Shown here one piece after another: positions 49,934-61,348 of a DNA stretch of 64,000 nt (its first letter is position 1; each line of letters starts with the position of its first letter). The notes under the pieces were generated by a model. The model was not told the origin of the DNA. It saw nothing but the letters and a program-made list of their open reading frames with translations, and ran no database searches. The stretch is taken from NCBI GenBank assembly GCA_038087875.1, contig JAXLNO010000079.1, positions 434,001 to 498,000 of the forward strand. Direction: 5' to 3'. The position numbers were made by a program, and so were the translations under genes. This stretch comes from Malacoraja senta. Its lineage: Eukaryota.

Positions 49934-51680
49934 GTTCTCCCTTATCCACTCTACTAGTTACATCCTCGAAAAATTCTATAAGATTCGTCAGACATGATTT
50001 ACCTTTCATAAATCCATGCTGACTTTGTCCAATGATTTCACCACTTTCCAAATGTGCTGCTATCCCATCTTTAATAACTGATTCTAGCATTTTCCTCACT
50101 ACCAATGTTAGACTAACTGGTCTGTAATTCCCCGTATTCTCTCTCCCTCCCTTTTTAAAAAGTGGGGTTACATTAGCTACCCTCCAATCCTCAGGAACTA
50201 CTCCAGAATCTAAAGAGTTTTGAAAAATTATCACTAATGCATCCACTATTTCTGGGGCTACTTCCTCAAGTACTCTGGGATGCAGCCTATCTGGTTCTGG
50301 GGATTTATCGGCCTTTAATCCAATCAATTTACCTAACACCATTTCCCGGCTAACCTGGATTTCACTCAGTTCCTCCATCTCATTTGACCCCCGGTCCCCT
50401 GCTATTTCCGGCAGATTATTTAGTGAAGATTTGATTTTGATTTGATTTTGATTCAATTTATTGTCATTGCACTTTTCAGTGCAACGAAATGGTTTAGCCT
50501 GCAGTCATAACATAGAATAAATAACAAAAACACACACTCAACACAGTTTATCATCCACCACAGTGAGTCCACCAGGCACCTCCTCACTGTGATGGAAGGC
50601 AAAAAGTCCCAAAGTCCATGTCTCTTCCCTCCTTGCTCTCCCTCTGCGCTGAGGCGATCCAGGCCTCCGATGTTGTGACCCCGCCGGGTGATGGTAAGTA
50701 AGTCCCGCGGCTGAATCCGAACGGGCCTGTTCAAACTCCGCGGCCCAGGGCGGTCGAAGCTGCCGAAGCTGCCGCCCTCCAGTCCAGCGGATGCAGCTGT
50801 TGTTGCGGGAGCTACGGAAAAACAGGTCACCAACCTGTGACCTGCGAGCTCCCGACGATGTCGTCCACTGGCCCTCGCCGAGCCTCCGAGGCTCCGAAGT
50901 CGGGTCGGAAGTCGGGTCACAACGCCACCACAGCCCCGAAGTCGGCCAGCTGGCAAGTCCCGGCTGGCTCTGCCTCCCGAACCCCGAGGTCGGTCCCAGA
51001 TGGAGGCTGCCAGCTCCGCGATAGGCCTCAGCGCAGACGGAGACGGAGACGGAGACGGAGGATACGGCAAGAAAGGTCGCATCCCCCCCGAAGGAAGAGC
51101 CAAAAAACATGCTTCTCCCACCCCCCCACACAAACACAATTAAAATAAACCAAAACAAACTGCAACAACGGGACAAAAGAAAACAAAAAAAGAAAAGACA
51201 AACGGACTGCAGGCGAGCCGCAGCTGCAAGGAAGCGCCGCCACTTCCGACAGAACCAAAGTAGTTATTCAAGTGGTCTGCCATGTCCTTGTTCCCCATGA
51301 TCAATTCACCTGTTTCTGACTGCAAGGGACCTACATTTGTTTTAACTAATCTTTTTCTCTTCACATATCTATAAAAACTTTTGCAGTCAGTTTTTATGTT
51401 CCCTGCCAGTTTTCTTTCAATATCTATTTTCCCTTTCCTAATTATGCCCTTTGTCCTCCTCTGCTGGACTCTGAATTTCTCCCAGTCCTCTGGTAGGCTG
51501 CTTTTTCTGTCTAATTTGTATTTCAACTTTTGTTTTGATACTGTCCCTGATTTCCCTTGTTATCCACGGATGCACTACCTTCCCTGATTTATTCTTTTGC
51601 CAAACTGGGATGACCAATTGTTGTAGTTCAGCCATGCAGTCTTTAAATGCCTTCGATTGCATATCCACCATCAACCCTTT
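49934..51680 (-). mobile_element. CR1-A internal fragment split by a retroposon at 50430-51247
   Basis: ORFs 49674-50456, 51140-51526 and 51438-51821. Host ttagtgaaga resumes as gacagaaccaaag. Confidence 0.9.
50430..51247 (-). mobile_element. GC-rich retroposon (hairpin family, copy 6)
   Basis: Both ends are defined by the interrupted CR1. On - it starts ggaagtggcggcgc. Hairpin at 50552-50601; (aatca)n-type tail. Confidence 0.85.
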
Positions 51681-52110
51681 GGAGCAGCTGGGCTTGTACA
51701 CTCTGGAGTTTAGAAGGATGAGAGGTGATCTCATTGAAACATATAAGATTGTTAAGGGTTTGGATACGCTAGAGGCAGGAAACATGTTCCCGATGTCGGG
51801 GAGTCCGGAACCAGAGGCCACAGTTTAAGAATATGAAGTAAGCCATTAGAACGGAGACGAGGAAACACTTTTTCTCACAGAGAGTTGTGAGTCTGTGGAA
51901 TTCTCTGCCTCAGAGGGCGGTGGAGGCGGGTTCTCTGGATGCTTTGAAGAGAGAGCTAGATAGGGCTGTTAAAAATAGCGGAGTCTGGGGAAATGGGGAG
52001 AAGGCAGGAACGGGGTGCTGATTGCGGTTGATCAGCCATGATCACATTGAATGGCGGTGCTGGCTCGAAGGGCCGAATGGCCTACTCCTGCACCTATTGT
52101 CTATTGTCTA
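51680..52110 (+). mobile_element. CR1 3' end with (ctattgt)n tail
   Basis: LEQLGLYTLEFRRMRGDLIETYKI followed by the 3' UTR stem-loop region. Confidence 0.88.
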
Positions 52111-52970
52111 TAAATCCCCAGGACCTAATGGAAATTGTCCTAGGTTATTCAGAGGGACGAGATTGCAGGTGCCTTGACAAATATCTTCTCATACCATGGA
52201 AGAGAATGGGTTAACTAGGGATAGCCAATATGGGTTTGTACATGGTAGGACATGTCTTATTAACGTGATTGAGTTTTTTGAGGAGGTGACAAAGGTGATC
52301 GATGAGGGTAGGGCAGTGCTACATGGATTTTCTACAGATGTCTACATGGATTTTCTTAAGGCATTTGATAAATTCCCCCATATAAGGCTGAACCAGAAAG
52401 CTCGGGATGACAGCGGGACAGGCAGCATCTCTGGAGAGGGAATGGGTGATGTTTCAGGTCAAGACCCTTCTTCAGTGACAAGGTTTCACTGCACCCACTT
52501 TAACTCATCGTCATAGTTCCTTGGTCCTCAGTGATCTGTGCTGAGACCTCTGTTTGTATTATATATAAATGAGGTTGCACGGACTTGGATGGCTTTTTCT
52601 GTAATGCCGAATCTTGAAGGCAGACCTGATAGACTATATAAAATTATGAGAGGCACTGATAGGGTAGACATCAGAACCTAATTTAACCGTATGTAAATAC
52701 CAAACACTAGAGAGAATAACTTTAAAGTGAGGGGGCAAAATTTAAAGCAGATGTGTGAGGAAAGGTTTTTTTTACACGGAGGTTGGTGTGTGCCTGGAAT
52801 GTACTGCCAGGGGTGGTGGTTGATCCATAAGAGACTTTTGGATAAGTGCAGGGATAGAAGGGATATGGATTATGTGCTGGCAGATAAAGGTTGGTCTTGG
52901 CATCATGTTCAGCTGAGACATTGTGGGCCGAAGGGCCGATCCTTGTGCTGTACTGTTCTCGGTATGATTT
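52111..52970 (+). mobile_element. Old fragmented CR1 with a Penelope-derived remnant (52410-52476)
   Basis: SQYGFVHGRTCLINVIEFFEEVTK and a decayed 3' end. Confidence 0.7.
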
Positions 52971-53134
52971 TCTATTGAGATCAATTTGATGTGAAATATT
53001 AATTGAAATTAATATTTATACTGGTCCTATTTTCAGTACGTCTACGTTTTGCAACATTTTACAAATATTTTCTCAAGTTTAAGTGTTGATGCAAACAAAT
53101 AATAAATGAATTCCAGTGATTTTTTTTTTTAGAA

Positions 53135-53976
53135 ATACAAGATCAAGATACAAGATATATTTATTTGTCACATGTGCACAGTGAAATGTGATCACCATAC
53201 TGCCATACACTAAAATAAAGAACACAACACACGATAGATTTAAACATAAAACATCCCCACACAGCAGAATCAAAAGTTTCCCACTGTGAGGGAAGGCACC
53301 AAAGTCAGTCTCTTCCTCGATGTTCACCCATGGTCGGGGCCACCGGAGCCCTCCGCAGTCGCCGCTACGGGCAGCCCACCGCTCAGGCCCGCTACGGGCA
53401 GCCCACCAATGGAGGCCAACCTCAGCGGCTTGGACCTCCAAAACGGCCGCTTCCCACCGGAGTCCGCAGCTCCCGACGTCCCCAGGCCGCGCCGGGCGGA
53501 GACTCAACACTGGCGGCACTCGGCAAAGGGCCCCAGGACTCCGCGATGTTGGTCAGCGCCACCCGCGTTGGGAGCTCCTCGAACCACAGCTCCATGATGT
53601 CGATGCTGCAGGCCCAATGCTCCGGAGCTCCAAACGGCGATCCAGGTAGGTATCGCCCGCTCCGCGGTGAATCCAGCGCCGCGCCGCCACTGCCGAAGCT
53701 CTGGTCTGGTCCCCGTTCTCCGGTAGGAAAGGCCGCTCCGATCCAGCTGGTAGGCCGCAAGGAGGGGGGGGGGCGAGGACGCGACTCGGAGAAATAGTCG
53801 CATCCCCGCCAGGAAGCGACTAAGAAACAGTTTCCCCCTTACCCTACCCCCCTCCCCCACATAGAAAAGCTAAAGTAACCCCAAAACAAACAATTTAGAC
53901 AAACTAAAATAAAAAAAGAAGGGATAAAAACGGACAGGCTGTAGGCAGAGGCGCCTTCAATGCAGCGCCCCCTAGT

Positions 53977-53978
<2 letters not shown>
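53135..53978 (-). mobile_element. GC-rich retroposon (hairpin family, copy 7; same subfamily as copy 1)
   Basis: Collinear with 2120-2955. Hairpin at 53252-53298. Confidence 0.82.
53965..53978 (-). promoter_or_regulatory. CTCF consensus motif
   Basis: On - it reads CCACTAGGGGGCGC, the canonical CTCF core. Binding is not demonstrated. Confidence 0.5.
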
Positions 53979-54008
<30 letters not shown>

Positions 54009-54444
54009 GCCCGTGTACAGCTTACTTTTGCAACTTATATCTCTTTTGTTTGTTCTTCTGGTTTGAAATCTCCTGTTTTGGTGGTATTTATTGCGCATTC
54101 CTAACTAAGTGGAGAACTTAGTACAATCCTTTCCTTGGCAGAAACTGATTTTGAATGCAAGAGGCTTCCCACCCATTTCACATGCCACTGTCCTGGCCTT
54201 GTATACTGATGCAGAATATGAATAACAAGGCCACAGCACTTTGCTCAACTCTTGCATTTTTTATTTAAATTACTGGATAAATATTCAAACGTAATTATAT
54301 TGTTCCTTACTAGCAGCAACTCCCACTATGATTTCTTCATCTTACTAAATTTCCAGCTTCGCAGCTAATACAAAAAATGCTGGAAAATCAGCAGTCAGAG
54401 AGCATCTGTGGAAAGAGAAACAGTCAATGTTTCAGGTTGAATCA

Positions 54445-54835
54445 TTAATTTATTTATTTATTTATTTTTATTTTTATTTTTTAATTAAAAATAAAATACT
54501 TCCCCCTAGTCCCATCTACCTGCACTCAGACCATAACCCTCCATTCCTTTCCCGTCCATATACCCATCCAATCTATTTTTAAAGGATAAAATCGAACCTG
54601 CCTCCACCACTTCCACTGGAAGCTCATTCCACACAGCTACCACTCTCTGAGTAAAGAAGTTCCCCCTAATGTTACCCCTAAACTTCTGTCCCTTAATTCT
54701 CAAGTCATGTCCCCTTGTTTGAATCTTCCCTACTCTCAATGGGAAAAGCTTATCCACGTCCACTCTGTCTAACCCGCTCATAATTTTAAAGACCTCTATC
54801 AAGTCCCCTCTTAACCTTCTGCGCTCCAAAGAAGA
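54445..54835 (-). mobile_element. CR1-B 3' fragment
   Basis: SLERRRLRGDLIEVFK..GRWD* followed by an A-rich tract. Confidence 0.9.
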
Positions 54836-54884
54836 ACCTCCGATCCACCCGACCCACAGCCCGCGGAGGGTGGCCGTGGGAGAG

Positions 54885-56095
54885 TGGGGGCTGTCCCGAG
54901 GGATGAGCACCTTCGGCCGCTTACAATTTGGTGCTTGGGTTCAGATTGCCCAGTCACCTATGGCTTGTGTGGGAAATGACCCCCACGATCCCGTCTCCCG
55001 CTTCTCTCTCCCCTCTTCTCTCTCTCCCTTCTCTCTCTCCCCCTTCTCTCTCTCTCTCTCCTCCCCTCTCTCTCCCCCCTCTCTCTCTCTCCCCCTCTCC
55101 CTTCTCCCTCTCTTTCTCTCTCCCCCCTCTCTCTCCCTTTTCTCTTTCTCTCTCCCCCCTCTCTCTCCCTTTTCTCTCTCTCCTCCTCTCTCTCTCTCCC
55201 CTTCTCTCTCTCTCCCCCCTTCTCTCTCTCCCCCACATGCAGAGCGCTATGGAAGTTGAGAAAACTGGCACTGACAGCAAAGATAGACACAAAATGCTGG
55301 AGTGACTCAGTGGGACAGGCAGCATCTCTGGAGAGAAGGAATGGGTGGCGTTTCGGGTCGAGACTCTTCAGACTCAGTCTACAGGTCTGTAGATTGGTCT
55401 CGACACGAAACGTCACCCATTCCTTCTCTCCAGAGATGCTGCCTGTCCCGCTGAGTTACTCCAGCATTTTGTGTCCATCTTCGCGTTAAAACAGTTTACA
55501 GATTCTGGTGTTTTGTGCGTAGGATTGCGTCCCGAGGGATGCGCACCTTCAGCCGCTTACAACTTGGTGCTTGGGTTCAGATTGCCCAGTCACTTATGGC
55601 TTGTGTGGGAAAATGACCCCCACGCTCCCCTCTCCCCTTCTCTCTCCCCTCTTCTCTCTCTCCCCTTCTCTCTCCCTTTTCTCTCTCTCCCCCTCTTCTC
55701 TCTCTCCTCTCTCTCCCCTTATCTTTCTCGCCCCCTTCTCTCTTTCTCTCCCCCTTCTCTCTCTCCTCCGTCTCCACCGGCGGGAGGGTGCGGGGTCATT
55801 TTCCCACACAAGCCATAGGTGACTGGGCCATCTGAACCCAAGCACCAAGTTGTAAGCTGCCGAAGGTGCGCATCCCTCGGGACAGCCCCCACTCTCCCTC
55901 GGAACGCACACAGCAAGTTCCCAGGCACAAAACACCAGAATCTGTAAACTGTTTTAACCGAAGATGGACACAAAATGCTGGAGTAACTCAGCGGAACAGG
56001 CAGCATTTCTGGAGAGAAGGAATGGGTGGCGTTTCGGGTCGAGACTCTTCAGCCTCAGTATTCAGGTCTGAAGAATGGTCTCGACATGAAACGTC
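54885..56095. repeat. Complex direct and inverted repeat block with CT-rich spacers and Penelope-derived segments
   Basis: A roughly 100 bp unit at 54888-54985 (+), 55529-55620 (+) and 55793-55890 (-). About 55405-55620 is mirrored by about 55793-56040. Confidence 0.8.
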
Positions 56096-56211
56096 GAATA
56101 AAACTGAATAAAACAAGAATAAAACTGTTAGAGACATCAGCCAAACCTTAGGCTTGCCAAAATCTACTGTTTGGAACATCATTATGATGAAAGATAGCAC
56201 TGGTGAGCTTA

Positions 56212-56497
56212 GCATAGAAACTAGGTGCAGGAGGAGGCCATTCGGCCCTTCGAGCCAGCACCGCCATTCATTGTGATCATGGCTGATCGTCCCCTATCAA
56301 TAACCTGTGCCTGCCTTCTCCCCATATCCCTTGACTCCACTAGCACCTAGAGCTCTATCTAACTCTCTCTTAAATCCATCCAGTGACTTGGCCTCTGTGG
56401 CAGGGAATTCCATAAATTCACAACTCTCTGGGTGAAAACTTTTTTCACACCTCAGTCTTAAATGACCTTCCCTTTATTCTGAGACTGTGGCCCCTGG
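56212..56497 (-). mobile_element. CR1 3' fragment inside Tc1
   Basis: Same subfamily as 1381-1680. Confidence 0.85.
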
Positions 56498-56807
56498 TTA
56501 ATAATCGCAGAGGGGCTGGCAGGCCAAGGAAGACCTCCACAGATGATGACAGAAGAATTATCTCTATAAAAAAGAAAAATCCCGAACACCAGTCCAACTG
56601 ATCAGAAACACTCTTCGGGAGTCAGGTGTGGATTTGTCAGTGACCACTGTCCGCAGAAGATTTCATCATGAACAGAAATACAGAGGCTACACTGCAAGAT
56701 GCAAACCACAGGTTAGCCGCAAAAATAGGATGGCCATGTTACAGTTTGCCAAGAAGTACAGTTCTGGAATAAGGTCCTGTGGACAGATGAGACGAAGATT
56801 AACATAT

Positions 56808-59800
56808 CATCCTCTTTTGGGGAAGGTGTGACCTGCACAGAAAGGACGGGTTGCACTTGAACCCGAGGGGGACCAATATCCTGGCGGGGAGATTTGCAAA
56901 GGCTACTGGGGAGACTTCAAACTAGAACGGTTGGGGGGAGGGACTCAAATAGAGAAAGCTAGTAGAAAATGTGTGAGGCAGGAGGCAGAGAAGAGAAGCA
57001 CTCGGACCCAAAATGTAGGGGAGAAAGAAGAAAAAGATAATAAACAGAGAAAAAGTGGTGGTGGGTTTCTTAAATGTGTATATTTTAATGCTAGGAGCAT
57101 TGTAAGAAAGGTGGATGAGCTTAGAGCCTGGATTGACACCTGGAAGTATGATGTTGTGGCGATCAGTGAAACATGGTTGCAGGAGGGCTGTGATTGGAAA
57201 CTAAATATTCTAGGATTTCGTTGCTTCAGGGGTGATAGAATTGGAGGGGCAAGAGGTGGGGGTGTTGCATTGCTTGTCAAGGAAGATATTACAGCAGTGC
57301 TTTGGCAGGATAGATTAGAGGGCTCGTCTAGGGAGGCTATTTGGGTGGAACTGAGAAATGGGAAAGGTGTAGCAACACTTATAGGGTGTATTATAGACCG
57401 CCAAATGGGGAGCGAGAATTGGAAGAGCAAATATGTAAGGAGATAGCAGATATTAGTAATAAGCACAAGGTAGTGATTGTGGGAGATTTCAATTTTCCAC
57501 ACATAGACTGGGAAACACATTCTGTAAAAGGGCTGGATGGTTTGGTGTTTGTAAAATGTGTGCAGGATAGTTTTTTGCAGCAATACATAGAGGTACCTAC
57601 TAGAGAAGGGGCAGTGCTGGACCTCCTGTTAGGAAATGAGACAGGGCAGGTGGCGGAGGTATGCGTTGGGGAGCACTTCGGGTCCAGTGATCACAATACC
57701 ATTAGTTTCAATATAATTATGGAGAGGGTCAGAACTGGACCTAGGGTTGAGATTTTTGATTGGAGAAAGGCTAACTTTGAGGAGATGCGAAAGGATTTAA
57801 AAGGAGTGAATTGGGACATGTTGTTTTATGGGAAGGATGTAGAAGAGAAATGGAGGACATTTAAAGGTGAAATTTTAAGAGTGCAGAATCTTTATGTCCC
57901 TGTTCGGTTGAAAGGAAATAGTAAAAATTGGAAAGAGCCATGGTTTTCAAGGGAAATTGGACACTTGGTTCGGAAAAAGAGAGAGATCTACAATAATTAT
58001 AGGCAGCATGGAGTAAATGAGGTGCTTGAGGAGTATAAAGAATGTAAAAAGAATATTAAGAAAGAAATTAGAAAAGCTAAAAGAAGATATGAGGTTGCTT
58101 TGGCAAGTAAGGTGAAAGTAAATCCAAAGGGTTTCTACAGCTATATTAATAGCAAAAGGATAACAAGGAATAAAATTGGTCCATTAGAGAGTCAGAGCGG
58201 ACAGCTATCTGCAGAGCCAAAAGAGATGGGGGAGATATTGAACTATTTATTTTCTTCGGTATTCACCAAGGAGAAGGATATTGAATTATATGAGGTAAGG
58301 GAAACAAGCAGAGTAGCAATGGAAACTATGAGATTCAAAGAAGAGGAGGTGCGGACATTTTGAAAAATATGAAAATGGATAAGTCTCCCGGGCCTGACAG
58401 GATATTCCCTACGACATTGAGGGAAGTTAGTGTAGAAATAGCAGGGGCTATGAGAGAAATATTTCAAATGTCATTAGAAACGGGAATAGTGCCGGAGGAT
58501 TGGCGTACTGCGCATGTTGTTCCGTTGTTTAAAAAGGGTTCGAAGAGTAAACCTAGCAATTATAGACCTGTTAGTTTGACGTCAGTGGTGGGCAAATTAG
58601 TGGAAAGGATACTTAAAGATAATATATATAAGCATCTGGACAAGCAGGGTCTGATTAGGAACAGTCAACATGGATTTGTGCCTGGAAGGTCATGTTTGAC
58701 TAATCTTCTTGAATTTTTCGATGAGGTTACTAGGGAAATTGATGAGGGTAAAGCAGTGGATGTTGTCTGTATGGACTTCAGTAAGGCCTTTGACAAGGTT
58801 CCTCATGGAAGGTTGGTTAAGAAGATTCAATTGTTGGGTATTAATGGTGGAGTAGCAAGATGGATTCAACAGTGGCTGAATGGGAGATGCTGGAGAGTAA
58901 TGGTGGATGGCTGTTTGTCAGGTTGGAGGCCGGTGACTAGTGGTGTGCCTCAGGGGTCTGTGTTGGGTCCACTGTTGTTTGTCATGTACATCAATGATCT
59001 GGATGATGGTGTGGAAAATTGGATTAGTAAGTATGCAGATGATACTAAGATAGGTGGTGTTGTGGATAATGAAGTAGATTTTCAAAGTCTACAGAGAGAT
59101 TTAGGCCATTTGGAAGAGTGGGCTGAAAGATGGCAGATGGAGTTTAATGCTGATAAATGTGAGGTGCTACATCTCGGCAGGACAAATCAAAATAGGACGT
59201 ACATGGTAAATGGTAGCGAATTGAGGAATGCAGTTGAACAGAGGGATATAGGAATAACTGTGCATAGTTCCCTGAAGGTGGAATCTCATGTAGATAGGGT
59301 GGTAAAGAAAGCTTTTGGTGTGCTGGCCTTTATAAATCAGAGCATTGAATATAGAAGTTGGGATGTAATGTTAAAATTGTACAAGGCATTGGTGAGGCCA
59401 ATTCTGGAGTATGGAGTACAATTTTGGTCGCCTAATTATAGGAAGGATGTCAACAAAATAGAGAGAGTACAGAGGAGATTTACTAGAATGTTGCCTGGGT
59501 TTCAGCAACTAAGTTACAGAGAAAGGTTGAACAAGTTAGGTCTTTATTCTTTGGAGCGCAGAAGGTTAAGGGGGGACTTGATAGAGGTCTTTAAAATGAT
59601 GAGTGGGTTAGACAGAGTTGACGTGGATAAGCTTTTCCCACTGAGAGTAGGGAAGATTCAAACAAGGGGACATGACTTGAGAATTAAGGGACAGAAGTTT
59701 AGGGGTAACATTAGGGGGAACTTCTTTACTCAGAGAGTGGTAGCTGTGTGGAATGAGCTTCCAGTGGAAGTGGTGGAGGGAGGTTCGATTTTATCCTTTA

Positions 59801-59970
59801 AAAATAGATTGAATGGGTATATGGACGGGAAAGGAATGGAGAGTTATGGTCTGAGTGCAGGTAGATGGGACTAGGGGGAAGTAAGAAGAAAGAAGGGGGG
59901 GGAAGTGTTCGGCACGGACTTGAAGGGCCGAGATGGCCTGTTTCCGTGCTGTAATGGTTATATGGTTATA
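56808..59970 (+). mobile_element. CR1-B with the ORF1 end and a full-span ORF2 (two frameshifts) inside Tc1
   Basis: ORFs 56931-57446, 57341-58363 and 58360-59874; (tatggt)n tail. Confidence 0.95.
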
Positions 59971-61348
59971 AGAGCAAAGTATGGAGGAGTGAAGGAACTA
60001 CCCAAGATCCAAAGCATACCACCTCATCTGTGAAACACGGTGGTGGGGTGTTATGGCCTGGACATGAATGGCTGCTGAAGGTACTGGCTCACTGATACAA
60101 CTAATGACGGTAGTAGCATAATGAATTCTGAAGTGTACAGACACATCCTATCTGCTCAAGTTCAAACAAATGCCTCAAAACTCATTGGCCAGCAGTTCAT
60201 TCTACAGCAAGACAATGATCCTAAACATACTGCTAAAGCAACAAAGGAGTTTTTCAAAGCTAAAAATGGGTCAATTCTTGAGTGGCCCAGTCAATCACCC
60301 GATCTGAACCCAATTGAGCATGCCTTTTATATGCTGAAGAGAATACTGAAGGGGACTAGCTCCCAAAACAAGCATAAGCTAAAGATGGCTGCAATACAGG
60401 CCTGGCAGAGCATCACCAGAGAAGACACGCAGCAACTGGTGATGTCCATGAATCGCAGACTTCAAGCAGTCATTGCATGCAAAGGATATGCAACAAAATA
60501 CTAAACATGACTACTTTCATTTACATGACACTGCTGTGTCCCATATATTATGGTGCCCTGAAATGGGGGTGGGGGGGGGGGTGGGGGGGGGGGGGTACTA
60601 TGTATAAACACTGCTGTAATTTCTACATGATGAAACCATAATGTATAAAAATGGCCTTTATTCAAATCTGACAACGTGCACTTTACCCGCATGTGATTTT
60701 TTTCTATTACAAATCTCAAATTGTGGAGTTCAGAGGCAAATCAATAAATGATGGGTCTTTGTCCCAAACATTATGGAGGGCACTGTATATCTTCTTAACT
60801 ATGCTTCTTTTTCTTTTTTTTATTATCTGATCAGGCAGAAAATTGTTTTTCTGCACCATCAGTCCAGTTATTCATCAGTTCTTCCCTGAATCTATGGTCT
60901 TTCTTTACACATCCATTCTCAAATCATGATGGACACACAAGAAATTGTAGATACTGATGGCCTTTGTTTAAAAACCAAGAGCAAAGTAAAAGTTATAGAT
61001 CATGCCAGAGTCCTGAGCAGAAAACATTTGTTCCAGCTTGAAAGCACTTGATTCACTCCCGATCTTTACGGGGTCATGTGGATCCTAGAGGTGCCCAGAC
61101 GAGAAGCTGATTGATGACTGTTTTGTTTTAAACATTGTGGAAAAGAACAAGATAATAGGATTGAATAGGCTAAACCAGACAGCATGGTAGAAATCAATAA
61201 GGGACAACTGATACTGATCACATCTGCTTGTTTCAAAACATTCCCTCCAATACAGTGTATTAAATCAGCTCTGTATTTACTCAGCAACAAGACTATAGGT
61301 AAAGGTTACCTGCTAGTTGCTGCTGTTGTGCATTTGTTTGCATAATTA

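Larger units (their letters stand above)
56097..60785 (+). mobile_element. Tc1 (DD34E) transposon, left end missing, split by two CR1 insertions
   Basis: HTH RDISQTLGLPKSTVWNII; GRPRKT; WTDETKIN; QDNDPKH to SPDLNPIE with 34 residues between D and E. Right TIR ends ggagggcactg followed by TA. Confidence 0.93.

Noticed and set aside
54928..55416. Ser/Leu/Pro-rich and Glu/Arg-rich ORFs
   Set aside because: Translations of CT/GA low-complexity tracts.
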